From a virus: a DNA stretch of 64,000 nt. Below the pieces are notes generated by a model. It made no database searches. It saw nothing but the letters and a program-made list of their open reading frames with translations, and was not told the origin of the DNA. The translations under genes were made by a program, and so were the position numbers. Positions 1 to 9,752 of this stretch are shown piece after piece. Position 1 is the stretch's first letter. The number at the start of each line of letters is the position of its first letter. The stretch is from the IMG/VR virus record IMGVR_UViG_3300042541_003180, positions 1 to 64,000 of that record; one strand, given 5' to 3'.

Positions 1-109
1 GTGTTGCGATTTCTACAAATCCTTTTTTTGTAAAAAATTCTCTTAGTAGATTTACTGCCGTGTTGTAGGTAGTAATGTTTTGAATGTTTGTTCTTTTTGT
101 TTTTGACAT
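1..109 (-). CDS. N-terminal fragment of a class II aminoacyl-tRNA synthetase-like protein (Asp/Asn/Lys-RS catalytic type), truncated by the window edge
   Basis: Hand translation MSKTKRTNIQNITTYNTAVNLLREFFTKKGFVEIAT...; LRxFFxxxGFxEIxT matches class IIb aaRS motif 1. Confidence 0.55.
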   Translation of the reverse strand, partial: MSKTKRTNIQNITTYNTAVNLLREFFTKKGFVEIAT

Positions 110-176
110 ATATAATTTTTTTTTTAGACAGCAAAAATACTATCTAAAAATTATTCTATGTATATATACAAAAATG

Positions 177-998
177 TTAGTTTTGTTTTTGATAATCTTT
201 TAATTTTTCAATTTTTTTCAGTTTAAAGTTTTTTGAAATACCTTTATTTAAAATTCCATCTAAACTAACTCTATTTGGACCTTTTAGATTTTTATCTACA
301 TTAAAATTTTCAAGGTATTTTTTTAATTCTGATCTACTTTCAAATACTAATAATTCATCATCTATTTCAATAAAATAAACTTTTGAATTAGGATTACCTT
401 TACCTTTATTATTGTTACTCATTTTTTCAATGGATTCAATGTTATGTTTTCTACCTGGTCGACCTTTTAGAGTTTCTCTTATTTTATTTTTAACTTCTTC
501 TGTTCTAGGTATTCCTTTACCATATCCCTCATGTCCCATTAGACCATTACTAATTTTTTTTCTATACTCTTCACTCTTCATATATTCCTGAAATAAAGTA
601 TTATTTTTTAAAGAGTTTGATGTTTTTATTTTAGATTCCTCACTATGTTTAAATCCAGTTTGACCTTCTCCACCATCAGTAAGATTATTTAGAGGACCAC
701 CATTTATTTCTCTACCAATAATTTTTATTAGTCTTATTTCTTCATTATGTGCGTCCTTTTCTAATAGGTTATCAATAAGTATTTTATATAATGGTTTATA
801 ACCTTCTTTAAGAATTAGGTTTAATTTATTATGAAAGTGTGTTTTGCTATTTTTGTATGTATAAAGATGTTTTTTAACTCTATCATTTGTTCCTTTTCCA
901 ATGTATATTGGTTCATAATCAAATTGATAATCTCCATATTTGAATTTACCTGGTTTTCTATTATCAAAGTAGATATAGATATAAAATTTATTTTCCAT
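177..998 (-). CDS. GIY-YIG-type homing endonuclease with NUMOD3-like C-terminal DNA-binding repeats
   Basis: FYIYIY...IYIGKG..R, LNNLTDGGEG, repeated KHSEESKxK / RTEEVKNKI / KHNIESIEKMS, GKGNP. Confidence 0.8.
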   Translation of the reverse strand: MENKFYIYIYFDNRKPGKFKYGDYQFDYEPIYIGKGTNDRVKKHLYTYKNSKTHFHNKLNLILKEGYKPLYKILIDNLLEKDAHNEEIRLIKIIGREINGGPLNNLTDGGEGQTGFKHSEESKIKTSNSLKNNTLFQEYMKSEEYRKKISNGLMGHEGYGKGIPRTEEVKNKIRETLKGRPGRKHNIESIEKMSNNNKGKGNPNSKVYFIEIDDELLVFESRSELKKYLENFNVDKNLKGPNRVSLDGILNKGISKNFKLKKIEKLKDYQKQN

Positions 999-1037
999 AT
1001 ACTATATATAAAAATTACATCCTCCCTGACTATGAAG

Positions 1038-1385
1038 TTATGTTAATAGATCAATCTTTAAATCTCTTCGATTTTCTATTGAATCGTTTTCGGCTTTTTG
1101 TACAAACCAATCTCTAACTATATCTTCATCTGTTCTTTGATAATCCAGCCAACAATTCTCTTTTGTACTATACTTCATAAATGTACTAAGTTCTTCACTA
1201 GTATATTTCTTTAGTTTCATATCTTTAATACGATTACCTTCTAATGTGATAATTATTCCACTATCGGTTATGTCTAAAATACCTAACCAAAAGTTAAATC
1301 TTTCTTGAAAAATCATACCTTTTTTAAATAGTCCATTATAAACTATTTCATTTGTTTCATTAGTTATCTTTGAATAATCTGCCAT
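1038..1385 (-). CDS. hypothetical protein with C-terminal RDxK tag
   Basis: ORF coupled to the upstream gene; ends RRDLKIDLLT. Confidence 0.7.
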   Translation of the reverse strand: MADYSKITNETNEIVYNGLFKKGMIFQERFNFWLGILDITDSGIIITLEGNRIKDMKLKKYTSEELSTFMKYSTKENCWLDYQRTDEDIVRDWFVQKAENDSIENRRDLKIDLLT

Positions 1386-1759
1386 TATATACCAATTGAT
1401 TTAAGTTTGTCGTCTCTAATTTCTTTTTGTATATCTGATATATCAATAACATCTTTCAAAAGTTCAACAAGCTCGTCTCTTATATCAGTTCGTCTTTTTA
1501 AGAGTACATCACCACCAAGTGTGTTATAAACAAGGTTTTCATCCATTACACTATCACCACTTAAAGTAAACATTTTGTAAAATACATTATCAAATGTTCC
1601 TACACGTCTAGATAGTCTAGCCGCCTCAAAACTTTTTTTAATTTTGATGATTTGTTTTCTAACTTTAACAATTTTATCAATGTCTTTTCTTCGACCAAGT
1701 ATTTGGTCTATTAGTGTTCTACTAACTTCTGTGTGTTCCATATTTCCTAAATCTTCCAT
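1385..1759 (-). CDS. hypothetical protein with C-terminal RDxK tag
   Basis: ends IRDDKLKSIGI; TATATTTG just upstream. Confidence 0.7.
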   Translation of the reverse strand: MEDLGNMEHTEVSRTLIDQILGRRKDIDKIVKVRKQIIKIKKSFEAARLSRRVGTFDNVFYKMFTLSGDSVMDENLVYNTLGGDVLLKRRTDIRDELVELLKDVIDISDIQKEIRDDKLKSIGI

Positions 1760-1764
1760 ATGAA

Positions 1765-1772
1765 CAAATATA
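1765..1772 (-). promoter_or_regulatory. Bacteroidota-type -7 promoter element TAnnTTTG (TATATTTG)
   Basis: matches the Bacteroidota primary-sigma -7 consensus, 5 nt upstream of ATG 1759. Confidence 0.55.
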
Positions 1773-1783
1773 CAAAATAAAAA

Positions 1784-2170
1784 TTAAACTCCAATAGAAT
1801 TTAACTTTTCATTCCTAAGATAAGATGTAAGTTTTTCTGATAATAATTCAAATGCTTTTATTTCAAAATCTTCAAGTTTAGAAACTTTGTATCTTAGTGA
1901 ACTACCAGAATTTTTATTTGAAAGAAGTTCTTGGTAAATCTGTACCATTTCTTCTTCTGTTGGTTCTATATCTTCTTTGAAGTTAGAAAAATCTAATTGA
2001 GAAATATGTGCACTTTTGTGATGTAAATCCTGTGTTAGTTCTGCTGATATTTTACCTGATAATCTAATAAATTGATTCCTCGAATGTTCATAAAAAATTG
2101 CTGTTAAAGTGTTTTTAATTGATTCTTGTTGATAAGTAATCTTGCAATTGATTAGAGTGGAGTTTGTCAT
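1784..2170 (-). CDS. hypothetical protein with C-terminal tag
   Basis: ends LRNEKLNSIGV. Confidence 0.7.
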   Translation of the reverse strand: MTNSTLINCKITYQQESIKNTLTAIFYEHSRNQFIRLSGKISAELTQDLHHKSAHISQLDFSNFKEDIEPTEEEMVQIYQELLSNKNSGSSLRYKVSKLEDFEIKAFELLSEKLTSYLRNEKLNSIGV

Positions 2171-2208
2171 TTTATAAGTTTATTTTATATATTTGATAAT
2201 TTTTTTCT

Positions 2209-2676
2209 TTAAATTTTAACAAAAATAAAGGTATAGTATTTACGATTATTAGAGTTTGTATGTATGGCTAAACCAAAGTTAGTAAAATCTCCTTCAATTA
2301 TTTTTTTGTGTCCTGGTGAACTTAACCAAGCATTTAAAACAGATTGTGGATTACTATAATTATAAGCTAGAACTTCACCTACATGTTCCGCATGTAATGT
2401 TTTAATTAGGTTATCTGATCTTTGTTCAAAATGATCATGTGTCATTGTACCTTGTTCAATCATATAAATATTGTGTTCTTTACATATATATCCAATGTGT
2501 TCAATAGTTTTTAAAGTATCTAGTCCTATTTGATTTCTATAAACATTAGTAACATTCATTACTGCATTTTCTTGCTGACTGAAATTATAAGGATATTGTG
2601 TATATTTTTGATCTTGTGATTTTGAGCAAGATATAAGTAATAATGATATAAAAAATAGAATTATTTTTATTTTCAT
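2209..2676 (-). CDS. CAP/SCP-domain lipoprotein
   Basis: signal peptide with lipobox LISC; NxYR..GL, H..YM, GEVLA, WLSSPGHKKII, F..FG motifs. Confidence 0.85.
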   Translation of the reverse strand: MKIKIILFFISLLLISCSKSQDQKYTQYPYNFSQQENAVMNVTNVYRNQIGLDTLKTIEHIGYICKEHNIYMIEQGTMTHDHFEQRSDNLIKTLHAEHVGEVLAYNYSNPQSVLNAWLSSPGHKKIIEGDFTNFGLAIHTNSNNRKYYTFIFVKI

Positions 2677-2697
2677 TATTTATATATTAAAAGAGTA

Positions 2698-2970
2698 TTA
2701 TTCCTCTTTTAATATATTTTTTAATGTTTCTTCTCTTTTAGTTGATAATTCCCAAGCTAAGTAATCTTCTTCGGACATTAGTTCAGACTCTTTAAAAAGA
2801 CGAGCATTTGAGGTTCTCCAATGTGATGATATGTTATCACACATATACTCACAATCATATTGATTTTCTGTATCTGGTTCATCCAGATTTGCTTCTAAAT
2901 AACGTTGTATAGACATTTTACCATAAGACTTATGGTAAACGGGTTGGCTAAGGTCAAATTTATTTCTCAT
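2698..2970 (-). CDS. hypothetical protein with C-terminal tag
   Basis: ends KREETLKNILKEE; TAACTTTG upstream. Confidence 0.65.
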   Translation of the reverse strand: MRNKFDLSQPVYHKSYGKMSIQRYLEANLDEPDTENQYDCEYMCDNISSHWRTSNARLFKESELMSEEDYLAWELSTKREETLKNILKEE

Positions 2971-2974
2971 ACTA

Positions 2975-2982
2975 CAAAGTTA
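2975..2982 (-). promoter_or_regulatory. TAnnTTTG element (TAACTTTG)
   Basis: 4 nt upstream of ATG 2970. Confidence 0.55.
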
Positions 2983-2993
2983 CATTTAATTTT

Positions 2994-3002
2994 TAATATA
3001 TA
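2994..3002 (+). promoter_or_regulatory. putative late promoter TAATATATA
   Basis: recurrent motif upstream of structural and N-tagged genes. Confidence 0.55.
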
Positions 3003-3021
3003 CAAAAAAGTAATTTTTATA

Positions 3022-3717
3022 ATGAGATTTATACAAAAGTTTAAAATATTTGAATCTACACAAGATTTACCAGAAAAGGGTACTAAGTGGATCAATGATA
3101 AAGGTGAAAAGATATTTATATTGAGACCAGATCAATATGGTTATATTGGTTATTATAACTTATCCGATCCAGAATATAAGAGACATATTAGTCCAGAAAC
3201 ATTTTATAACGAGTATAAACCATTAGATAAACATATTTATAGAGACGATATTGAGTTTGATTTTGATAAAGCTACTTATTTATCAGATGAGAAAGCTATC
3301 ATTGCTGCTTATTTCATAACTAAAGAAAATGAAAAGTCTATTGAAATTCTAAATATAAAAGAATTTGCTGCTGATACGGCCACTTTTATGGATAATGCCA
3401 GACCTTATTCAGTTACTTTCCACAAAGGTACTTTACCGACTTCACAAATTGCTATTTTAGGAGAAGTTCCTGAAAAAGAAGGTTTCTTCTATGTTAAAGT
3501 TCCTTATTGGTTATACAAAGAAAACCCAGAGTTGAATATTAAAAGAATAGTTGGTGATTATCATCATATGAAAAGATTAGATCTTAGAGATTTTAGTTTA
3601 AGTAATAAAGAATTGATGTCTAATTTCAAAGATCCTAATGTAATTAAATACTTTGCTAGTTCTGATAAAGATAAGAGAACTCAACAACAAGTAATAAATT
3701 ACGGAAGACGTAGTTAA
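3022..3717 (+). CDS. hypothetical protein with N-terminal capsid-targeting-like tag (start revised from 2905)
   Basis: ATG 3022 follows TAATATATA and gives MRFIQKFKIFES; this start avoids overlap with 2698..2970. Confidence 0.7.
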   Translation: MRFIQKFKIFESTQDLPEKGTKWINDKGEKIFILRPDQYGYIGYYNLSDPEYKRHISPETFYNEYKPLDKHIYRDDIEFDFDKATYLSDEKAIIAAYFITKENEKSIEILNIKEFAADTATFMDNARPYSVTFHKGTLPTSQIAILGEVPEKEGFFYVKVPYWLYKENPELNIKRIVGDYHHMKRLDLRDFSLSNKELMSNFKDPNVIKYFASSDKDKRTQQQVINYGRRS

Positions 3718-3968
3718 ATACCTAAATCATTTAATTTTTGATCTCTAATTTCTGAAACAAATAAACTATTAAAGGTTCCTTTTTCAGACCATACACGATC
3801 ATTTCTTGTATGAATTTTATTTTCAGTTTTTATAACACTATAGTAAATTTTAACCCAAGGTTTTCTTTCACTACTATAATCATCTATAACATTAATTATA
3901 ATTCTGTGATTTTTCTCAAGTTTAGTTAAATAATCTTTTACAATTATTTCTTTATTTTTTTCTGTCAT
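3714..3968 (-). CDS. hypothetical protein with C-terminal tag
   Basis: ends IRDQKLNDLGI; overlaps the DHFR stop. Confidence 0.65.
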   Translation of the reverse strand: MTEKNKEIIVKDYLTKLEKNHRIIINVIDDYSSERKPWVKIYYSVIKTENKIHTRNDRVWSEKGTFNSLFVSEIRDQKLNDLGI

Positions 3969-4434
3969 ATGTTAAGTAAGTAAAGTCATACTTATGTCTT
4001 TCATCTGATGGATGATATTCTTCTGAAACTAATTCCCATTCTTCACCAATTTCTGGAAAGAAAGTATCTGCTTCAAAATCTGAATGTACTCTTGTTAGTT
4101 CAATTCTATCTGCAATTCCCATAGATTGTTTATAGATTTCTCCACCACCAATTATCCAAATATCTTGATTGTCTGTAAAATCAATTGCTGATTGAATTGC
4201 ATCAAATACAAAACAATTTTCAGGTACTGAATAGTTATCTTGTCGAGTTATAATAAGGTGTTTTCTATTAGGTAGAGGTTTAGGGAACGTTTCAAACGTC
4301 TTTCTACCCATAAGTATATAATTACCTGATGTAAGTTCTTTAAATCTTTTAAAATCGTCTGGTAAGTGCCAAACTAAGTCATTGTCTTTACCTAAAGAAT
4401 TGTTTTCTCCGGCTGCTGCTATAATTGTTATCAT
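3952..4434 (-). CDS. folA: dihydrofolate reductase
   Basis: IIAA..N..LG.DNDLVWHLPDDFKRFK, MGRKTFE, PLPNR, IIGGGEIY, ADTFFP. Confidence 0.97.
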   Translation of the reverse strand: MITIIAAAGENNSLGKDNDLVWHLPDDFKRFKELTSGNYILMGRKTFETFPKPLPNRKHLIITRQDNYSVPENCFVFDAIQSAIDFTDNQDIWIIGGGEIYKQSMGIADRIELTRVHSDFEADTFFPEIGEEWELVSEEYHPSDERHKYDFTYLTYDRKK

Positions 4435-4463
4435 AAACTTTTTATGAAAAAAAATTAAAAAGT

Positions 4464-5861
4464 TTAACTACATTCATAACAAGAAACTCTACCGTCTCCC
4501 CCGCATTCTTGACATTCAGTTGTTCCATCTCCATCACATCTTGTACATTCTTCAAGTCCGCGACCACTACAATCATCACACTCTACTTTACAATTACCAT
4601 CGCATTTAGGACATTCTACTTGACCATCTTCACAATTATCACAAGGTATTTTACCAGAACCTTCACAATTATCACAAGATGAACCTTCAAACTCACCACT
4701 TGCATCACACTGAGGACAATCTATTTTAGCATAACCATCACACTGATTACAATCTACTGTTCCATCTCCATCACATCTACCACAATCATACTCACCATAC
4801 CCATCACACTCAGAACATTCTTGTTCTCCATTACCATCACATTTCCAACATCTGTATTCAGCAGAACCACCACAGTCTTCACATTCCCTGCTACCTGTAC
4901 CACCACATTCTGAGCAAGAACCATCACCACCTTCAGTATCAGTTAGTTCATATTCATATGAATCTGACCAGTTGTTTGTTAGTAAACTAGAGTGAGGAGT
5001 GTAATACTTTATCGTATCCATATAAGGATATTTACTAAAATCTCCACCGTGGTCTAAAGTAATATAAATCCAACTATCTTCTCTAGTTAATTCTTGTCCG
5101 TTAAACATAATTGGATCACCTGTTTGATAAGTTTGATTTTTCTTATAATAGAACCCATTATCGATTGCAAAATCTATAAATAGTTGAGTATCTGCAGAAT
5201 CTTGTATATAGATTCTGTCCATAAATTGTCTATCTTTGTTATCTAACCAAAGAAGAGCTCTACCGGTAATTTTAGTATCATCTGTTTTAGATTTTAAGAT
5301 TATTAAAGAACATCTTTCAGGATTACTAGAGTATATTTCTAAGAAGTCTCTACATTTTGAGTATCTCATACAAGAAGATCCTAATGTTCCCATTTCTCTT
5401 TCGTATTGACTATGATTATACCAATGTTTAATATCATTACCTTTAACTATTTCGAATCTTGTAAAAGCTTCTTTCTCAACTAAAATCGCGGCTTTATATT
5501 TATTTACAAAGTCTTCTAATTCTTTATTATCAACTTCACGACCGGCTTTAGTTAGAATTGCTCTTACAAATCTACCGACATTCATATCAGATTTTTTTAA
5601 TGTGTAAGGATCATCAACTTTTTTAGCTTTATCGTCTGGAATAAAGAAAACCTTATCTTCTTTTTCTAAATCAAATGTTATATAGTTATAGTTTGTATCA
5701 ACGTCTATACCATTTAACATTCTTAGATTTCTAGAAACAGGTGTATTTATTCTTTTAAGTAGGTTATTAAACTTGTCATCAAAAACAATTTTAGCTTCTA
5801 ACAACATTTGTATATCTTTTTCTAAAAGATACTCTTCGTATTTTGATAATTTATTCTTCAT
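4464..5861 (-). CDS. uncharacterised phage protein (SCM / GRAxLW / MDRIY / PYMDT domain) with 14 C-terminal CxxCxGxG zinc-finger repeats; paralogue 1 of 3
   Basis: motifs shared with 14736..16166 and 16220..17614; DnaJ-type Cys repeats. Confidence 0.8.
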   Translation of the reverse strand: MKNKLSKYEEYLLEKDIQMLLEAKIVFDDKFNNLLKRINTPVSRNLRMLNGIDVDTNYNYITFDLEKEDKVFFIPDDKAKKVDDPYTLKKSDMNVGRFVRAILTKAGREVDNKELEDFVNKYKAAILVEKEAFTRFEIVKGNDIKHWYNHSQYEREMGTLGSSCMRYSKCRDFLEIYSSNPERCSLIILKSKTDDTKITGRALLWLDNKDRQFMDRIYIQDSADTQLFIDFAIDNGFYYKKNQTYQTGDPIMFNGQELTREDSWIYITLDHGGDFSKYPYMDTIKYYTPHSSLLTNNWSDSYEYELTDTEGGDGSCSECGGTGSRECEDCGGSAEYRCWKCDGNGEQECSECDGYGEYDCGRCDGDGTVDCNQCDGYAKIDCPQCDASGEFEGSSCDNCEGSGKIPCDNCEDGQVECPKCDGNCKVECDDCSGRGLEECTRCDGDGTTECQECGGDGRVSCYECS

Positions 5862-5895
5862 ATTACTATATATTATTTTTTTGTGCTGAAAAACT

Positions 5896-5904
5896 TAATA
5901 TATA
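5896..5904 (+). promoter_or_regulatory. putative late promoter TAATATATA (a back-to-back copy lies on the - strand at 5867..5875)
   Basis: divergent genes starting at 5861 and 5910 each have a copy 5 nt from the ATG. Confidence 0.55.
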
Positions 5905-5909
5905 CAAAT

Positions 5910-7511
5910 ATGAAATACTTAAAATTATTTGAAGAGATCGAACTTACTATAGGTGAGTTAGAAAAAGAAAGAGATGGTGAGGTACGTGGTAACAAGTTAG
6001 TTAAAAAACTAAAAGAAAGACCGGTAAAATTATCAATTAAAGGTAACGGTGAGAAAAATATAACTAAAGTAGAGGTAGATGGTAAAGAAGTTACACCTGC
6101 TGTTGCTGCTAAAGAAATTAGTACAAATGATAAGTATGATAAGGATAAGGGTAGAAAAGTATTTATTAAAAATAATAGATATGATGATGTTTTAATTTCT
6201 GGTAAAAAACACTTTAAACTTAATCAAGTAACAAAAACTCCGGAATTTGGTGCTGTTGGACCAGGTGTATTAACAAGACAATATGAAGCAATACAATGTT
6301 TATTTATAGCCTTTAAGTTAAGATATCCAGGTGAGATAGTAGATAAGGATAGAGTTATTGATTTTTGGGAAAAATATGTTAATAAAGATGATAAAGTTTT
6401 TAAAAGAATTGGTATTTATTTGGATCCTAAGTTTACTTTAACACGTGAAATGATAGATAGTTTATCAACTAATAGAGATTGGTTAAATACTTTCGTTAGA
6501 GTACCTGAACTTTTGATGAATTTTAAAGGTATTTTCCCTCGTGTTAATAATGCTAGAAAGTACTTAGTTTTCCTTGAGTCAAATAAGGATCCTATTTCAC
6601 CGGTTGTAAATATAGTCAAAAAGTATAATGAATTAAAGAAGATTGCTAAATCTTATGTTAATTTTTCTAAGTTTTGTCCAGCCGATGTTTATATTGTTAT
6701 TGAAAAATCTTTACCTACGATTAATAAAGAAATAAGTGCACAAACTTCTATTGAAGGTTTGGTTAAACTACTAGATCGTTATTTTGATAGTAATGAACTG
6801 ATACCGGTATCACTTAAAAAGCTTAATGAAGGTGATAGAGTTATTGTTAATAAAGAAAAAACAAAAAAACTACCAGATTTTACAATTGATAAATTTGTTA
6901 TAACTGATGATCCGTTAAAAGGAATTGCATCAAAACTAAAAGTTAAATCTGTTTGGATGTCAGAGACTCCTAATGGTGAAGAAGAGCCAGAACAACCATC
7001 GAGAGATATAATTTTTGACTCATCTGATACTGGTAAAGCTAGAAATATTGATGGTGATATTTTAGGAAGGTCTTCAAGACACGGTAAGATAGCATTAAAA
7101 TCAATTATTTCATTTTTTGAGAAGAATGGTTTTGTTGAACTATATGATTTAACACTTGATTTATATTCTAACCTAAGTACAAAGAGTGAAGATGAATTAA
7201 GAGAAATGATTTTATCTACACATAGTAATTTATTAGACTTAGTACCCGATATAACACAAGTACCAACAAGAACTAAAAGTGGTGGTGCTAATAAAATGTA
7301 TAGTGATTTGGTAGAAGGAAGTACGGTAAGTAATATTAAAAATAGATTAATATCCAAACTACAATCTCTTCAGTTATTAGTTGCGATTGCAACTATTCAA
7401 TCGGTAGAACCTACTGATGCAAATATAGCAATTACTGGTATTATGAGATATGCTCTTTCTATTCAAACAGAGCTTTTTAATGATACACCGAGATATTTAA
7501 GAATAATTTAA
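5910..7511 (+). CDS. N-tagged protein with a putative PD-(D/E)xK-like nuclease domain (start revised from 5883)
   Basis: begins MKYLKLFEE; E(QYEAIQ)...CPADVYI...PVSLKK arrangement resembles restriction-endonuclease-like folds. Confidence 0.5.
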   Translation: MKYLKLFEEIELTIGELEKERDGEVRGNKLVKKLKERPVKLSIKGNGEKNITKVEVDGKEVTPAVAAKEISTNDKYDKDKGRKVFIKNNRYDDVLISGKKHFKLNQVTKTPEFGAVGPGVLTRQYEAIQCLFIAFKLRYPGEIVDKDRVIDFWEKYVNKDDKVFKRIGIYLDPKFTLTREMIDSLSTNRDWLNTFVRVPELLMNFKGIFPRVNNARKYLVFLESNKDPISPVVNIVKKYNELKKIAKSYVNFSKFCPADVYIVIEKSLPTINKEISAQTSIEGLVKLLDRYFDSNELIPVSLKKLNEGDRVIVNKEKTKKLPDFTIDKFVITDDPLKGIASKLKVKSVWMSETPNGEEEPEQPSRDIIFDSSDTGKARNIDGDILGRSSRHGKIALKSIISFFEKNGFVELYDLTLDLYSNLSTKSEDELREMILSTHSNLLDLVPDITQVPTRTKSGGANKMYSDLVEGSTVSNIKNRLISKLQSLQLLVAIATIQSVEPTDANIAITGIMRYALSIQTELFNDTPRYLRII

Positions 7512-7801
7512 AAATATCTTTTGATATTACCCATTTTATCTATTATAAGATTCTTACCATCTCTTTTACGAACTAGAATATCTGTTCCTGAGAACCTAGC
7601 TTCTAATACACCTTGAGATAGTGTTCTTATTGGGTTACCCATTATATCTTTAGTTTCTAAACTTCCATTTACTTTAGTTATTAAAAAGATCTTTTGTGAT
7701 TCGTCGTATGTACCAAAGGCAACATTTTCAGATATTCTTCTTCCAAGATTACCAATTGAATCACATAAGTATAATGATTGATTAACTATTTTAAACATCA
7801 T
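7508..7801 (-). CDS. hypothetical small beta-rich repeat protein
   Basis: internal repeat D.MGN.(I/K)R occurs about three times. Confidence 0.6.
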   Translation of the reverse strand: MMFKIVNQSLYLCDSIGNLGRRISENVAFGTYDESQKIFLITKVNGSLETKDIMGNPIRTLSQGVLEARFSGTDILVRKRDGKNLIIDKMGNIKRYF

Positions 7802-7835
7802 AACTTTTATCTATTTTTATTATATATATAAATAT

Positions 7836-7982
7836 ATGGAAAGAGCAAATTTATATCTAATATTAGATGATGAAATTATAAAACGTTATAAAGAACATCT
7901 AGATGAGGTAGGTTATGATAAAAATAAACTATTTGAAAGAATAATTATTGATTTTTTAAAGAAAAATGATACTAAATCTTAA
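7836..7982 (+). CDS. small ribbon-helix-helix-like DNA-binding protein (48 aa, not in the ORF track)
   Basis: MERANLYLILDDEIIKRYKEHLDEVGYDKNKLFERIIIDFLKK: beta strand followed by two helices. Confidence 0.5.
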   Translation: MERANLYLILDDEIIKRYKEHLDEVGYDKNKLFERIIIDFLKKNDTKS

Positions 7983-8033
7983 AAAGTTCAATTTTTCATA
8001 TATTTTATTTATATATAGGATAACGAAAATTAT

Positions 8034-8243
8034 ATGAGGTACTTGAAAAGATTTAACGAAAATAAAGATGTATTCATGGAATACTTACTTGAGTTTACTG
8101 AGAACGGTAAGCCAGAAGAGCTATATAATACTAGATTAAGTAAATTACTTAGATTTGTAAGAATGGAAGGACTTAAAGATTACACAATATCAGGTCAAAC
8201 AAGTACTGGTGAATGGAAAATAATACTAAAAATAGGAAAATGA
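8034..8243 (+). CDS. small N-tagged hypothetical protein
   Basis: MRYLKRFNEN; TTTATATATAG upstream. Confidence 0.65.
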   Translation: MRYLKRFNENKDVFMEYLLEFTENGKPEELYNTRLSKLLRFVRMEGLKDYTISGQTSTGEWKIILKIGK

Positions 8244-8245
8244 AG

Positions 8246-8270
8246 AACCCACTCGAAAGTGGGTTTTTTT
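8246..8270. terminator. intrinsic terminator between convergent genes
   Basis: AACCCACT-cgaa-AGTGGGTT followed by a T run. Confidence 0.75.
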
Positions 8271-9237
8271 AATTCATATAATCTGTAAAAAATTGTTCAA
8301 AGATCGCTTGCATTACTGGAACACATATTGAGTTTCCTGCCAAAGCTACGTGTTGTTTAGTTGATAAACTTGTAGTTAATAGCTTATCAATGTCTGCATC
8401 TTTAACCCCCATAAAACGATAACCTTCTCTTGCAGTTAGAGTTCTAATAGTTTTATCATCTAACATAATTTGTGGTGATCCTGATGTAGTTAAACAAGGT
8501 GAACATCCGTCAATTGAGTAAATACGTCTAGCTTGGTCATACCTCAAATCACTTCTACGAGCAATCATCTTACATACTGAGTTTAATCTAGGTGTATTGA
8601 TTTCATAAGGTGGTGTAATAAATAAACTATTATCGGCAGTTGTATCAATAAATGGTTTCATCGAAACTCTAGTTTTTTTGTGTTTATGAACACCCATCAT
8701 TTTATTAGAAACATCTAAAGAAGATTCTCCTAATACTGAAAACATAAAAACTCTCTCACGATTTTGAGGACAACCAAAGTCAGCACCATTAAGTACCATC
8801 CAAGCTGAACCATAACCTAAAGAGTTAAGTTTATCGATGTAGTCGTTAAATTTTTTAATATGGTTTTTGGAAACTAGATTTTTAACATTTTCCATTAAAA
8901 GATATTTTGGTTTATTATGTTCTACGATTCTTTCAACTTCGTACAATAAACCACTTCGAGTTCCTTTTTCAATACCACGTTGTACACCAGATATAGATAT
9001 ATCTTGACAAGGGAATGAATAAGTTAAAAAATCACAATGAGGGAATGTTTTTTCATCAACTTTTGATACATCACCTAAATTACCTTGTTCGGTAGTGTGT
9101 AGTGAGTCGTAAGCTTCATTTGCTGATTTAAGAATGTCACAATTTGCGACGTTACGGTATTTAATACCACTATACTTTAGTGCTAGTTCTTGGGTACCAT
9201 ACCCTGAGAATAGACTTATAATTTTTAATTCTTCCAT
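8269..9237 (-). CDS. DNA (cytosine-5)-methyltransferase
   Basis: motif I LFSGYG, motif IV FPCQD, motif VI ENV, motif VIII QNRER, motif X AGNSI. Confidence 0.95.
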   Translation of the reverse strand: MEELKIISLFSGYGTQELALKYSGIKYRNVANCDILKSANEAYDSLHTTEQGNLGDVSKVDEKTFPHCDFLTYSFPCQDISISGVQRGIEKGTRSGLLYEVERIVEHNKPKYLLMENVKNLVSKNHIKKFNDYIDKLNSLGYGSAWMVLNGADFGCPQNRERVFMFSVLGESSLDVSNKMMGVHKHKKTRVSMKPFIDTTADNSLFITPPYEINTPRLNSVCKMIARRSDLRYDQARRIYSIDGCSPCLTTSGSPQIMLDDKTIRTLTAREGYRFMGVKDADIDKLLTTSLSTKQHVALAGNSICVPVMQAIFEQFFTDYMN

Positions 9238-9243
9238 ATGTGA

Positions 9244-9270
9244 ATTATATGAAAGAATTAAAAAATGTTT
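9244..9270 (-). promoter_or_regulatory. putative middle-class promoter AAAC-N17-TATAAT
   Basis: same spacing recurs before several DNA-metabolism genes. Confidence 0.45.
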
Positions 9271-9742
9271 AGTCTAAATGTCTAATATCTTTGTGTGAAG
9301 ATTTAGATTGATTCGAGTGTGACCATAATCTTGCAAATGGTGTAGTAAAGTAATCATTATAACATAAAGTATCATCAATATGAAGATTGATGTTATTTTC
9401 TTTACAATACTCTGCTTTGGTAGAATCCCATAAAACATCATCAAATTTTTTCTGAATAGTTCCATCTGGAAATTCTATTTCACCTAAGGTTTCTGCTGTT
9501 TTTAATAAGTGATCATAAACTGAGAATTTATGAGTATAGTTGATACCACTTAGTTGTTTTTCTAATTTTTCTGTCCATTCACCACCGGTTATAATGTGAA
9601 CTTCGCCATTATTTTTTATAACAGAGTCTGCTAAAAATACAAAGAACTCTGGAAGAGCATCGATTACTCCGTGTATATCGATACCTATTTTGAATTTTGC
9701 TGTTGAACTTTCGTTCACTATACTACTAAATTTTGTTATCAT
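9269..9742 (-). CDS. HAD-superfamily phosphatase/nucleotidase-like protein
   Basis: IGIDIHGVI (DxH variant of DxD), IITG, K..., HIDD; N-terminal MITKFSSIVNES. Confidence 0.65.
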   Translation of the reverse strand: MITKFSSIVNESSTAKFKIGIDIHGVIDALPEFFVFLADSVIKNNGEVHIITGGEWTEKLEKQLSGINYTHKFSVYDHLLKTAETLGEIEFPDGTIQKKFDDVLWDSTKAEYCKENNINLHIDDTLCYNDYFTTPFARLWSHSNQSKSSHKDIRHLD

Positions 9743-9752
9743 AATTTATATA

